Assembly (NCBI RefSeq): GCF_009914755.1
Contig: NC_060939.1
Direction: 5' to 3' (one strand)
DNA length: 64,000 nucleotides
From: the human T2T-CHM13v2.0 reference genome, Homo sapiens
Positions 1-64,000 of the stretch are shown here, piece by piece; the stretch's first letter is position 1, and every line of letters begins with the position of its first letter. Below the pieces are notes generated by a model. That model was not told where the DNA came from. It saw nothing but the letters and a program-made list of their open reading frames with translations, and did not search any database. The position numbers were made by a program, and so were the translations under genes.

Positions 1-791
1 TGGATAAGAATCTGAAAACTCTGAGCCCACCCTATGGAAATGGTGGTGAAATGGAGGTTAACAACTCATAGACTATCTCTCTGAATCATATGATTCTACA
101 TTTTAACAAATATAGTCAGTGTCGATACCTTACTCCCTACACAAATATAAAGCTTGAAGAAAATAAGTGGAAATTGGTTGAACAGAGTAGAACATTGGCT
201 TCTCAAACTTATATATAGATCCCTTTTAAAGGAAAAAAGCTGTCGGGCCTCCTAGTGTTAATTGACAATCAAAACAAAGCAGTTCTCCCAGGTGCTGGTG
301 CAATGATAAATATAAATGTAAATATGGCAACTGAAATCCCACAGCATTGCTTCTTTTTAAGTGATCCAGAGGATCTAGAATATGGCTATTAATTTTTAGA
401 AATTATTCTTATAGAAAGCTAAAATTTAAAACTCTTAGCAAAATGAGATTGCTGAGATTCCATTAAAAAATTAGCATGGTCCTGGAAGTCCAGTGTGAAA
501 AATAAGGATTCTAGAAATAAGTGATAAATGAAAAGGAAGATGGTAAATGGAAGAAGACTTGGCCAAAAATATACCAGGAGTTTCTTGATGTCCTTAAGTA
601 TAGCCTCCACTAGCTGAAGTTCAGTGAAGCAGTGGGTGAGTGGAAAGAAGAAAAGCAACAGCACCCATAGACTTTGGGGAATATTTAAACAAATTTCTTC
701 AGCCTTCGAAGACTTTTGAGTTAAACAGAATACACTCTGCCACACAGTATGAGATGTAGTTGTCAGAACTGATGAGGGGAGCACCTCTAGA

Positions 792-979
792 GCAGTAGAT
801 CTCAAAGTATAGTTCCTGACCAGCAGCATCAGCACCACCTGGCAGCTTATTAGAAATGCAGATTATCTGCCCACCCCAGACCTACTCAATCAAGAAACAC
901 TGGGGGTGGGCCCAGGAATCTGTGTTTTAGCAAGCCCACCAGGAGATTATGATGCACTCAAAAGCAGGAGAAACACTGC
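792..979. mobile_element. MER5A-like hAT DNA transposon relic
   Basis: cagcagcatcagcaccacctgg...ttagaaatgcag...ccccagacctact...gggcccaggaatctgtgtttt. Confidence 0.8.
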
Positions 980-1537
980 TGTAAAAAGCGAGTTAAGAAG
1001 GAAAATAGTCTGAACATATCAGAATTCCAAATTAAAAATTCTTAAGCTTTGCCTAACTTACCTGGCAGAACTTGCTTATTTACAAAAAGTTGTGTTTTTC
1101 TTAAATGATCGTGAGAATGTTATGCTTTGAAAACCAATTCCCATATTCTTGTACAATGCAAATTGTTTTTTACTTTTATATGAAATACATTTTACATTAG
1201 CTTAGAGATTAAAAGTTTCTGTAGACAAAGTGTAGATTTAAAGTACTTTTCTAGCACACTGGTTTCACCTCTTCTTCATTCAGAATTTGTTCCTCTTCTA
1301 GAAGGCAGATGTCAAAGGACAAGCAAGAGAGACATGTCATCCCAGAACAGAAAGAAAAGCAAAGCAAAGCACTCCTTCCAGAACTTCCCTTCCTAAGCAG
1401 TTTCTGAGCTCCTGCTGGCACTTGGAACATTGTCAGTATACAAATGTTCCTCAATAAAGGATGAGAGTTGAGAGGGAAGGTAAAATCAAGTTAGAGAATC
1501 TGATAATGGGAACATCTGAGGAAAGAATGCTAGTAGT

Positions 1538-1889
<352 letters not shown>

Positions 1890-2079
1890 TTATTTGCTTT
1901 TTATTGAAGCAGAATTGAAACTTTGAACTTTGGTGTATTACCCAGAAGTTCTTGCCTCATGGCAAAATTCTATAATCTGAATCTGAAGGAAATTCATTTT
2001 TCATTGCTTTGGAAAGGAAAACCTAGCTAAAGAAGTAAACTTTTTTAAAAATGAAAAATACTTAGAAACGTTTTCCCCT

Positions 2080-2910
2080 AGGATATACCATGATAAACTT
2101 GATAAGACTTGAAAAAAAAATGGAAGAGATTTGTTACATATAACCAACAAAGAATATATTAAGGGCATTTTTTTTTTTAACGGGCAAAAGATTCTTCACA
2201 CAATAAGGAACACATTTGCCAATGAACATATGAAAAGATGCTCAAGCTCATCATAATTCAGCAAAATGCAAATTAAAACCACAGTGAAATACCACCAGAA
2301 TGGCCAAAAATAAATACTCTGATAATACCAACAATGAGCAAGGATGAGGAGCAATGTGAATTGTCATGTGCCGAATCTGCTGGGAATGTTAATTCAAGCA
2401 ATCACTTTGAAAATAGTTTGGGATTACCTAATCAAGTTCAGTATAAGCATACCCTTTTCCCAGCAATTCCATTCCTAGATTTGAAGGTCAGAGAAACTCT
2501 CTCACGCATGTGTACCAGGAAATAGGTAACAAGATTGTTTATAGCAGAGAAATAGAGGGGAGAGACTATAAGCAACTTAAATGTTCATTTATACGATAGA
2601 ATAGTATATAGAAATGAAAAGAAAGTAGTATAGCTCTAAGCATCAACTCAAAACAATGAACAACATTAAATGAAAAAAGCAAGTCACAGAAGGGTGCATA
2701 CTCTGCGAGTCTGTTTACGTAATATGCAAGAAAAGGGGCAGATCTAAAACTGTTGAGGGTATGTACAAATAAGGCAAAACTGAAGGAAAGCAAGAGAATG
2801 ATTAATTCAAAATCTGGTAGAGTGGCTACTTTTGGAAGAGGAGATGCAACTAGAGAAGTGAATATGAGGGTATTAGTAATGTTTTCTCTTTTATGCTGGG
2901 CAGGGTGTTC
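2080..2910 (+). mobile_element. Ancient L1M 3' fragment
   Basis: atgaaaagatgctcaa..., gaaaatagtttgg, ccagcaattccattcctag motifs. Confidence 0.7.
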
Positions 2911-3607
2911 ATGGTTTTTCATTTTATTCTTTAAGCAATACTGTAAACAAGCTTTGTGTAGTAGATTTTACTTTGGGATTAGGAGAAGCAATGTATTGGA
3001 GTAAGCTATTTAGTCTCTCTGTGGAATGTAGAATGTCATGTTCCAACTTTACAGAACCTGGGTGGCATATAGCATTGCCTGCCTTTGCCCCTAATATCTC
3101 ATTCCTATCGTATTGCCTATTAGAGTGCCCTGTTAGAATGATCATTGAATTTATGACCCATACTAGGACATTCTTGAAAGTAAAGTAAGGGATGCATAAA
3201 ATAATTAAACTTATATCTATGTATATTTTAAAATATTCATTGAGAAAATTGGCTTATGTACTGAAAATTTCAAAAATGTATTAAAGCACATTAAAAACTT
3301 TTAAAACAGTAATTATCCAAACATTAAAAAAAAAGCATGAATTAAATTATTCTTGGTACATATTTATATACTTTTATCAGTTTCTTACCCTTATCTGTCT
3401 GAAATACCACGTCATTGATATTTTTATAAAGGGAAAATTTTTTTAAGTGGTGTTATTTTTAATTTTTGTCCCTTAAATTTTTACCTTCTTCAGAATTACA
3501 TTTTATGGCTAATATATTGGAAAGTGATGATATCTTCCATTGAATCTTATCTGAAGACTGTATTATTTTTAATGGAGAAAATATACTGTAAATATACTTG
3601 TAAGCTT

Positions 3608-3913
3608 GCTTATTTATTTATTTATTTTTAGAGACAGGATCTCACCTTGTTGCCCAGGCTGGAGTGCAGTGACACGACCGTAGCTCACTGCAGCCTCAAA
3701 CTTCTGGGCTCAAGCGATCCTTCTACCTCACCCTCCCAAGTAGCTAGGACTACAGGTGTGTGCTGCCATGCCCAGCTATTTTTTTAAAGTTTGTATAGAG
3801 ATGAGGTCTCACTGTGTTGCCCAGGCTAGTTTCAAACTCCTGGGCTCAAGTGATCCTCCTACCTCAGCCTCCCAAAGTGTTGGGATTACAGGCATGAGCC
3901 ACTGTGCCTGGCC
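3608..3913 (-). mobile_element. Alu (J-like)
   Basis: Reverse-strand Alu. Confidence 0.9.
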
Positions 3914-4448
3914 AAACTTGCTATCTTAAAGTTGGAGGTACAAAATGGACGCTTAACAAACAGTAATGACAATGATAATAATTTGCTAAAAAAAAAAAAA
4001 AATTCAAGATAACCAGTAAACCAGAAGAGGTGCCAATAAAACAGGTATACACCAGACCTGTTTTGGGCAGTTACACAAGTTGCCTGCAATGTAGTATCTG
4101 CATAAGCAAATTCTGTTCATTTGCTTGTGTTTTTTTTCCCCTGTGATTACAGGATGTTTTTACTTTTTTCAACACACAATTCTATTTCCTCTATATTTTC
4201 CAGAACAAATGCATACCATGTATCTTTTACAATGAGAATAAACCAACAAAACTGTACTTTCTCCTTCATTTTAACTGGCTCCTAGCTAGATTAGAGATAC
4301 TCATACTTGAACTGGGATAATAAGTAAAACCCAGTCGTATGCTTTCCATGTATTCTGGAAAACATTTAGGACTTATGGTAGGTCTGGCCTCAGCATCTCA
4401 ACATTAAATCAGCAGTTCTCTTTCCTGGAATTAGAGATTCGTGCATCA

Positions 4449-4566
4449 AGCTGAGCATGGTGTCCTGCGCCTATAATCCCAGCTACTCGGGAGTCTGAGG
4501 CAGGAAGGTCACTTGAATCCAGGAGTTCAAGACCAGCCAGGACAAGACCCTGTCTCAATCATAAAA
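4449..4566 (+). mobile_element. FLAM-like Alu monomer inside the UTP6 retrocopy 3' region
   Basis: Single-arm Alu sequence. Confidence 0.75.
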
Positions 4567-6212
4567 TCTTTTTTTAAATTTTTTAAAAAATTAACAAGTT
4601 AATATAAAATTAAAGTGTGTCTTGAAATCAGACAGCCATCTTGTCTGCCATCGATGAACAAATTACAAAAATGGACTCATAATACATATTTGCCCACAGG
4701 GCTTGCAATACTGTTTCACAAAGATGGCTGTATTCTTCCTCTTCACAAACGGCCAGTCTGATACATAGCATGTTTAGCTACAGATGCCTCTGCTGACTCT
4801 CCCTGCAACATTTTCATTGCTCGCCAGTAGATCTGTCTGCAGTTTTCAGGTCTACCAAGGGGGTGGTTCAATGGTTCCTTGATACAGTCCACCCAAAGAT
4901 CAGAATCTACAGATCCAAACTCTCTCAAAGCCCTCTCATAATATTCTCTTAATGTTCACCATCTTGCAGGATTCTTGCTGTTTTCAAACTGAATCATTTT
5001 CCTGAAAAAGTCAACTGAAAATGGATGGCTGTTCTGTAAACTTTTATACACAGCTCTGGCTTTTTTGTAGCCACCATGTTGATAAGCCCAATCCAGGTAC
5101 TTATCCTTCAGGGTTACTGAGTTGGCACCTGTGACAGCTAAGAGAGCTTTCTTAAAGATTGCCTCGGTGTCTTCTTGGCTTTTGGCACCTTCACTCCACT
5201 CTGCCAAGAAGTCCACAATGGTAGACAAACCTGGAGTTTCAGGTGCACAGAGTCTTCCTCAAAAAGCATGGCTATGTCAGGGCTCTTTGAGTCAATCAGC
5301 ACATGCACCTTCATCTGCCACATTGTCCCAGAGTCTCTATAAACAGTTCAGTCCCAGCTACTGCCACCTCTAGAGCTTTCCTCAGGAAGTTATGGCACAG
5401 CAACAACTCAAGTCAACTGCTTGTATTGGAATTCTGGCAGAAGCTTGAGTTCATGTGCCCTTCTGAATGCAGTCATGGTTCTTTCCAACCTCTTCCCTCT
5501 GAGGAACCCACTATTTGTCTTCTTAGTAAATCTTTCCAAGCAAAAGGTGATATAACACTTCCACATGGCCTCCCTTGGCAGAGTCTTCACTGCCTCTTCA
5601 TATACGGCACAGCATCTCTCCTCCTTCTGGCCCTCCTCTGCTTTGTCTTATTTCGTTGTAGGCTGTACGCTGCTCTTCTCCCGTTTGTGACTCGATCTCT
5701 AATTGTCACCTTGCCGCATAATCCCAAGTGAGAAGATCATCTGTGTGTAGAGCCTGAGGGTCATCATAAATTTCTATTTGTAGACCTTTGGCAAAGTCAA
5801 ATCGCTGTGCAGTTGAAAGCAGTGACACATGAAATTCTGCACCTTAAATTATGCTTACAGAATTTTCATAGATGATCCGTGCCAATTTGCCCTTAAGGAT
5901 TTCTTCAGAATAATCAGGATTCTCCACATCCATGTTGGCTTTTTGAAATTCTTGCTTTTCCTTCCTCAGTTTTTCAGCATGCATCAGCTCCATCCTAAAG
6001 TAGTCTTGATAAAGTTTTGGGCCCTCTGGATGAAAGTGCAGTGCCCAAAGAAATAGTTGCCTTGCACTTTCTGAAGACAAGCAGTCTTCCATTTCCCATT
6101 TGGCTGCCATAATCCACAAAGCTGGCTTGTTGGAATGAATGGCCAACATGGCAGAGAATACCTTGCTAAGTTGAGTTTTAGTAGCCCATTTCTTACAAAA
6201 AACTACATAGGA

Positions 6213-6511
<299 letters not shown>

Positions 6512-7208
6512 CTACATAGGAGAGCCAAAGTTGAACATCGTCTTTCCTCTTTGCTGAGGCACTTCAGAAAACACCTTGTACCTGGTGTACAATAGAATTC
6601 TCAATCTCATCCTTCTTAAATGAATATCCAATGCGTGTTCTTCTCTGGATCTGTTCGAAAAGATTAATTTCATGTTGAACATAATTGATAAAGTCGTCCT
6701 TGAAAAGGGCTCTTCCCTGGATTCTGTACTGTAGATCAGAAGCCTTCTTAATGATAGCCTTAATCTCTGCATGACTGAACAGTCCAATGTGCTCTAGCTG
6801 TTCCAATTCAGGGAGCTGATCTTCTTTGTGTTCCTGAATTATCTCTGCCATGAGGTCCGAACTCTACAACCCCATGGGAGCTTCTCAACCGCGAACACGT
6901 GCAGGAAGCTCCCCCATTTGCTTGTTGTTGGACCTAAGGTGGTTGCTAGTCAAATTGCTGTCAGACTCCAGTGGTGAGCCTGCTTTCTAAACAGTTTGAA
7001 CATTTCCATTCATGGGAGATGGAAACACATCAAAGGAGCCTTAAAATGTTACTGGTTTGCAGAAAAAACATACTAAAATATTAAGCTGAGAAAACTTGAG
7101 GGAAGGGGTAGTAATGTATCAAACTGAAGTACTGAGCATTTTGCAGTCAAGAAAAACGTAACCAAATCACTAAGTCTAAAGTGTATTTATTTCCATAGGT
7201 ACTAGGTA

Positions 7209-7494
7209 CTTTTTTTTTTTTTTTTTTGAGACAAGGTCTTGCTATGTCACCCAGGCTAGAGTGTAAAGGCACGATCTTGGCTCACTGCAACCTCTGCCTC
7301 CTGGGCTGAAGCCATCCTCCCATCTCAGCCTCCTGAGTAGCTGGGACCGCAGGTGTATACCACCACACCTGGCTGATGTTTTGTATTTTTCACCATGTTG
7401 CCCAGGCTGCTCTTAAACTCCTGAGCTCAAGCGATTCACCTGCCTCGGACTCCCAACGTTCTGGGATTACAGATGTGAGTCACTGCGTCTGGCC
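7209..7494 (-). mobile_element. Alu
   Basis: Reverse Alu; TSD gtactaggta. Confidence 0.9.
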
Positions 7495-8436
7495 CAGTAC
7501 TAGGTATATTTTATGAGACAGACAGTTCATACATATGGCTGGAATATGCAGAAATCCTTGGTTTCGCCTTTCCTATAGAACAGTCCTGCCGAATCAGCAG
7601 ATGATTAGCTCTTTGATATATGCCAACTTATGAGTCTCTAGAGCTACTATTAACCTGCTTGTTGATTAACCTCATGGCTGCCTGGGAGAGACCGCACAGG
7701 AAGGAAATGATGATGGTCCCTTCCCACAGTCAGACCCTCCCACCAACCTTGTCAGTCAGTGGATGACATATCCCAGCATGATTTTGAGTATTTTACTCAA
7801 TCATCTTCAGAATGCTGTATTTTTTTCCTTTAAAAACACCTCAGAAAAATATTTTCAAATGCATCTTTTCAAAAGAATATTTTTCCTAGTGGCAAGAGAC
7901 CACTCCTGTCATGTGGAATGTATTGCTATCCCCCCATATTAATACTGAGTCATATTGTTCTCCTAAACAATATATAGTAAAACAAATGTGCCTTAAACAT
8001 ATTGTGCTGAAGCAAAGTACTCTGGTAAAATAATTTGAAAGCTATTGATGGAAAATCTTTTATTTTGACACATAATTTCTTTCCCCCTAAAATTTAATTA
8101 TTAGAAATTCTAAATTCTATCAAGTGGCTGCCTTAATGGATTTGAATTTTGTTTTATCTTTTCCCTCTTTTTTCCTGGTTGATTTTTTTTTTCTCAACAC
8201 AAGGCAAAAGGCATTGAATGATTCATAAACAAGAATAGTATGTGATATGTGATCAAAGAATATATGACACATGGAAATTACATTTCACTTAACCTGAGAA
8301 TTAGATCTAAGTAGGTGGAGATGACTTACTATTTAAAATGTATTTGTTTCTTCTCTCCATAGCTTTAAGAAAAAGTAGAGATCACTTCTGACTGTACTGA
8401 ACAGCAAAAATTAAGTGACTTGCTGCCCTGCACATC

Positions 8437-54395
<45,959 letters not shown>

Positions 54396-55877
54396 GTCTG
54401 CAAAGGTGTAATCTTTGGAAGACTTCAGAAGATCACCAAGGGCTCATGTTGGTGACATCATGTAAAATTTTCCTGGGTAGAAGGGAAAAGACTGGAAAAA
54501 TTTTTTTAGTGACATGCATTTTTTTTTTAGTTGTTATCAAATTGTAAAATCAGTAATGTGATATTTTATATTCTGAAACATTTCTACTTTCTGCTAAAAT
54601 CAATTTTAATTTAGTTTAATTGAATGATTTATGATGAATCTTGGGCAAAAAAATACAACTGTAAAAAATTTCACAGGTCATTTGTGTAGAATAATTTGAA
54701 CATTGTGAGGACCAATCTTTTTTAAATCAAAAGGGATGTTGCTGGTATCAGAATTGTTATTGCTTCATTTAGACATAAAACACTTAAGTGTTTTCTTCAC
54801 TCCGTGACCTGGAGAGTTTTCCATTTTTTAAAATACATGAACTTGGCAAGGGTGTGATTTTTCTTTATCAAGAGAACAAAATGCCAGAATGTTAAAACAG
54901 TTAACTCAAAATCTAGTCATCTGTGTAGGAGCTAAAGCAGGTCTCCAGGGAGAGAGGGTGGTCGTCTGTGCATTCCAGGTTACTGCACTTGTCTGATGTG
55001 ACGTAGCAACACCCAGGTCTTCTTAAAACAAAGTCATCAGCTTTGCCAGGTTACATACTTTATTTAAAAGTATAGTGAGGTCGAAGTTCATTCCAGTGTT
55101 TCATTTTAATAATGTGGGCATTATTAAATTTTTGTGGAAGCTAATAGTAAAAAATAAAAGCTGTTTTCACCACCTCCCTCCCCACCCCCCAAAAAAGGCG
55201 TACAGCCAACTCTTAGTTATTTAGGGTAAGAGAAAAAAGAAAACTGTTAAACAATGAAATCAAAGATAATAAATATGATAGATTTCCAGTATGAGGCACT
55301 TGCAAAACAGTCATTTAAACTGATGGTTACTGTAAGTCAGTTGGAAGCTGGCATGTATGTAAATTACTTGGTGTTACACCATATCCGAAGAAGTTCCTAT
55401 GTGCAGTGCAGAATTGCATAAACAGTATTTAATCACTGCTACAAATCTTCCAACCAAGAAGGAAAACTGCTATTCTTCATAAATCTAATTTTTAGTATAT
55501 GCTTCCTTTCATCTTATACTTTTATCAATATTTATAAAAGTCATTTCTATAATAAAAGCAGTCTTTCTTGCTCAAAGTATTAAGGTGAACAATTGAATAG
55601 AGTACTGTGGTCGGGAGACTGATTTGAGACTGCAGAGCTGATGCTGGGTAGAGGGTCTGGACTTGTATTCATGTTCTGTCTCAGGGCAGCCCCTGGAGCA
55701 GGAGATGGCAGAGGCATTTACAGCTGCAGAAAACAGGGAGGAATGGAATCTGAGGTAGCCCTGGCCTCAAAATTCAGGCCTGGCTGTATCATTTACAGAG
55801 ATTTTTCTGGAGGGAAAAGTCTCATTTCTGAGGAAGGCAAGGTGGCTAATCATTATTAATTTTTTTTAAACTTTTTG

Positions 55878-56303
<426 letters not shown>

Positions 56304-57732
56304 TCATAAGAACTGTGGTGTTTCTCTTTTTTTTTTTTTTGTTTTGGTTTGTTTTGGTTTTTTGGTTTGGTTTTGTTTTGTTTTTTAAATCAGTATCCAA
56401 TGTTTTATAGGGGCCAAAGGTTAACTTTGCACTATTCCCTGTCAGTTAAAGGCCACTGATATTTTTCTAAGTTAGCAAGGCTCACTTGCTTGCTTTCTTG
56501 CCTCCCTTGCCTCCATCCCTCTCCCTTCCTACCTTCTCTATTTACCTATTTCTCTCCCTCCCTCTCTTCTCCTCTCTTTTTTTTTCCCCCGCATATGCAG
56601 CTTTTTGATTGTACTTGATTTTATAGAGACTGCACAGTTCCAGCAAGATTGGGAGTCAGGCATGGAGCAGGCATCTCAGGCTACCAGAAAGAATTGGTCA
56701 CCTAGACTTTCAGTCAGGCATCCTCGTTTGCATTGTCCTGTAAGTCAATTAGTTGATAAATAGTTCCCCCTTCATCCCTTAAGTTTTGTTTTTGTTTTTG
56801 TTTTTAATATAGGTAAGTGGGACTCTACCTAAAATTTTGCATCATACTTATGGGTAATATCTTTTTCATATATTATTTATCAAAGTATGAAGTTGAGTAT
56901 TTTGCTTGTACCATTTCAATTCTGCATTATAGTAGTTCATTGTATAACTGAAAGAAATGATTTCTTCATAAGTGACATTAAATATGAACATTCATCCAAT
57001 TGAATTTACAAAATCTTTCCAAAATTATAAGGGAGAAAAATCGGGTTTACTTCCATCTTTAAAAATCTGGCACCTCTTAGTAACTTTCAGTATTTCTAAA
57101 TTGCTCTAAAATTTTATAATAAATAGATTAGGGTTTTGCAATAGTCTTAATTTTTAAGCCAAAGGTTTTCTGAGACCTTAGGTTTTGTAGTCTAACCAGC
57201 TTGTGTGGTTATTTAAAAGAATATTCTTTGTGTTTTTAAATTGCTATTTTTAAAAAAGCTTTTTATTACCCATTTTATAAAATGTTATACTCATATTTGT
57301 CTGAATTTTTCCAGTATTCCTACATGAAATTGTATGTATTAAAAACTCAATATTAGTGGCAAATATTAATACTATTAAAATGGATTTTGGTGCTATATTC
57401 TTGTAGCTAAAGCCTAGTAGAATTCTCAAGAATAGGTGAAATACACTTTCAAAGTTGCCTGTCATTTAAAAGACCAAATAAGCATTTTGTATTAAATAAA
57501 TTAGCAGATGGTTAGAGACTTCAAGGAGAGTTAGCTTGGTCATTTAATTGCGACTTCATGTTATTTGATTGAAATAACCCACATCCTTGCTTTGTATAAG
57601 ATATTCGCTCTGGAGAAGTTACATGTAAATAGAATTCTATAAATTGTTTTCCAGTTGACCGAGTATCTGTTGTGTTTTTGTTTAAAAAGAGGATTCCATG
57701 ACATAATAAAAATTATTTTAAAAAATGTTTTG

Positions 57733-60617
<2,885 letters not shown>

Positions 60618-61428
60618 CAAATTATTACATTCGTAAGACAGACACCTCTTAGAATCTATATATATGAGGTTTTACTCCCTTTTCTACACTCAGTATGTTT
60701 TAATTGATGCAAAGCAATTAATTGGCCTAAAATGTTTCAAATATTATAGTCTATACATTCAGAAAGTAAGGTTTAAGAATGAATTATTGGTGCTTCTTGG
60801 TGGGTGTATATAGCAGTTTTTAGAAGTTTAAATTTCACCTCTACTCAGAAAGATAAGCTTTTGATTCAGTGGTTTCAAATTTTCAGATCGATCCATTTAA
60901 GAATTGTTTTTTCAAATGTATATACACGTATAACATAAAAATTTTTGTAATTTCAAATGTCTTTTTTTCAGTTTTTTGGATGAATTATTATATTTGGTTT
61001 TAGTTACATTTAAAAGCTTGAAAATTACCTTTCTAACAATCATTTGAATGTCATTCATTGTCACATGAAATCAGGTATTTACGTTTTTTTCTAATGCTAA
61101 AATATCCAACATTGTAATTGCCCTATTTTTCCATTTTTATAAGTATAAAAGCAATGAATTTTAACACTGGTATTTAAATAATACAAAATATTATCCAAAT
61201 TCATAACAGCACAGTGAAGTTTCTTTTGAAGACTATGTACTGGAAGCATTTAGAACTTACCAATATATACTGGGATAAATCGTTTCAATAAAGTTTATCA
61301 AATATTCTGTAAACTTGGACTTTTTGAAAAAGCACATAATCCCTTTAGTTCCTAAGTTCTAAAATTCATTCCTTACATCCTTCTTCAAGAAAAAGTTTAT
61401 CAGTTTTCCTGAGTTATTCAGTCCTACC

Positions 61429-61797
61429 TGTTATGGACTGAATGTTTGTATCCACACCCGCCCCCCCACCCCAAATTCACATGTTGAAGCCCTAACCTCC
61501 AATGTGATGGTATTTGGAGATGGGGCCTTTGGAAGGTAATTAAGGCTAGATAGGGTCACAAGGTTGGTCCCCTTATGATGGCATTTGTGTTCTTATACAA
61601 AGAGACAGGAGACTCTCTCCATCATGTGAAGATACAGCAAAACAGCAGCTGTCTGCAAGCCAGGAAGGGAACCCTCACCAGGAACCAAACCATGATCTCG
61701 GACGTCCCAGCCTCTAGGAATGTAAGCAATAAATTTCTGTTATTTAAGCCACCCAGTCTATGGTATCTTGTTAGGACAATCTGACCTGGCTAAATAC
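61429..61797 (+). mobile_element. MaLR LTR (MLT1A/MST-like)
   Basis: tgttatggactgaatgtttg...aataaatttctgttatttaagccacccagtctatggta. Confidence 0.8.
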
Positions 61798-61880
61798 CAC
61801 CATATTAAGTTGAATCATATAAAATTAGTTATAATAGTTGAACACTTTTACTCATAAAAATAGTAATTTCCTAAGGTTCA

Positions 61881-62996
<1,116 letters not shown>

Positions 62997-64000
62997 GAGA
63001 AAACCAGGGAAATGTGTAATGGGTTTGAGGAAACTTAAGGATAAAGGTTAAATAATTTAAAGTTTTCAGAGTTTTCCTGACTTAGGGGAATAAAGAAATT
63101 GACCTGGAATCTTTAATGTCGTTCTGCCTTCTGAGAATGGCTGTTGAGCTTCACATTCATGTACAGGAAGCCTCAATGCATATTCCCTTTGGTGAGTCAG
63201 GGAGATTCAGGTGCTTGAATTGTGAGCTGCTCCCCTGAGTTCAAGAGGACTTGAGTGCCAGGGACTGGCTGTGAGGCAACAGCGCCCTCACCATGTCCTC
63301 CAAAGCAGTCCAACTAAAAATGCTCAGCCTGGTGCTACCACTGCTCTTATAGGTACCAAATAGTGGGAGTGGCTTGAAAATTTGTGAGTCCAAAATTTCC
63401 AAACATTTTTTTCCTTCAACTTTAAGCTTTCCTGCATGGTCTGCAAAGGTTGAGGGCTTGTAGATCCCAACCCAGTCCCCCAGCTCCTGTGCTGTTCACA
63501 GACATACCAGATCCTCAAGGCCAGCCCCTTAGAAAGAATACCTGATGTTACAATTAAGTTGTGCTAGTACCCTTCATTGTTCTGAATGAGTCTTTCAATT
63601 CTCCTTTAGAAGCTAGTGCTAATTATGAATGTGTTTAATATACAAGCACGAAATTATGCTGTAAAAGTATAAAAGGGAAGGAAATAGAATTGTAAAGTGG
63701 GGTTTTCGGCATGGTGAAATGGGCTTTTTTTTCCCCTTTGATCATTTCTACTTAACAAAACATTTTAAAATATTTATCTAGTATTCAACTCTCAGAGGTA
63801 GAGAAATATAAACATTGAATTGAAGGATTTGTGTGGTCAAATCTAAAGCCCACCTAGTTCAAGAAACTGATGTCAGAGAAGGGACTGCCCAACATAACAG
63901 CATTTGTTTGTTCATTCAGTAAATAGTTTTTAGGTTCTATTATATTCCAGCTATTGTAGCAATCACAAAACTAGAAATCAAGTCCGGTATTTTGTTTCCC

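Overview
Human genomic DNA (an AluYb8, a human-specific subfamily, is present) holding the whole coding region of tropomodulin 3 (TMOD3) on the + strand. Nine GT-AG coding exons (8437-54395) join into 1059 nt = 352 aa + stop, followed by a long 3' UTR with several AATAAA signals. No CpG-island promoter is visible, so the non-coding first exon is inferred to lie upstream. The introns are repeat-rich: roughly 48 Alu/FLAM pieces by eye, plus L1, L2, MER5/MER20/Tigger and LTR relics. They also hold L1-mobilised retrocopies: an antisense UTP6 processed pseudogene, a Y3 RNA copy, a full-length antisense SVA with a perfect 19-bp TSD, a U6 copy with an unexplained 3' tag and a TSD-less AluYb8. I see no convincing new biological system. 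The best unexplained structure is a ~135-bp direct repeat with one copy on each side of coding exon 8, whose ends coincide with box C/D-like motifs. Next best are a splice-donor consensus overlapping the stop codon and closely spaced inverted Alus in the distal 3' region. Repeat subfamily calls and boundaries are by eye and approximate.
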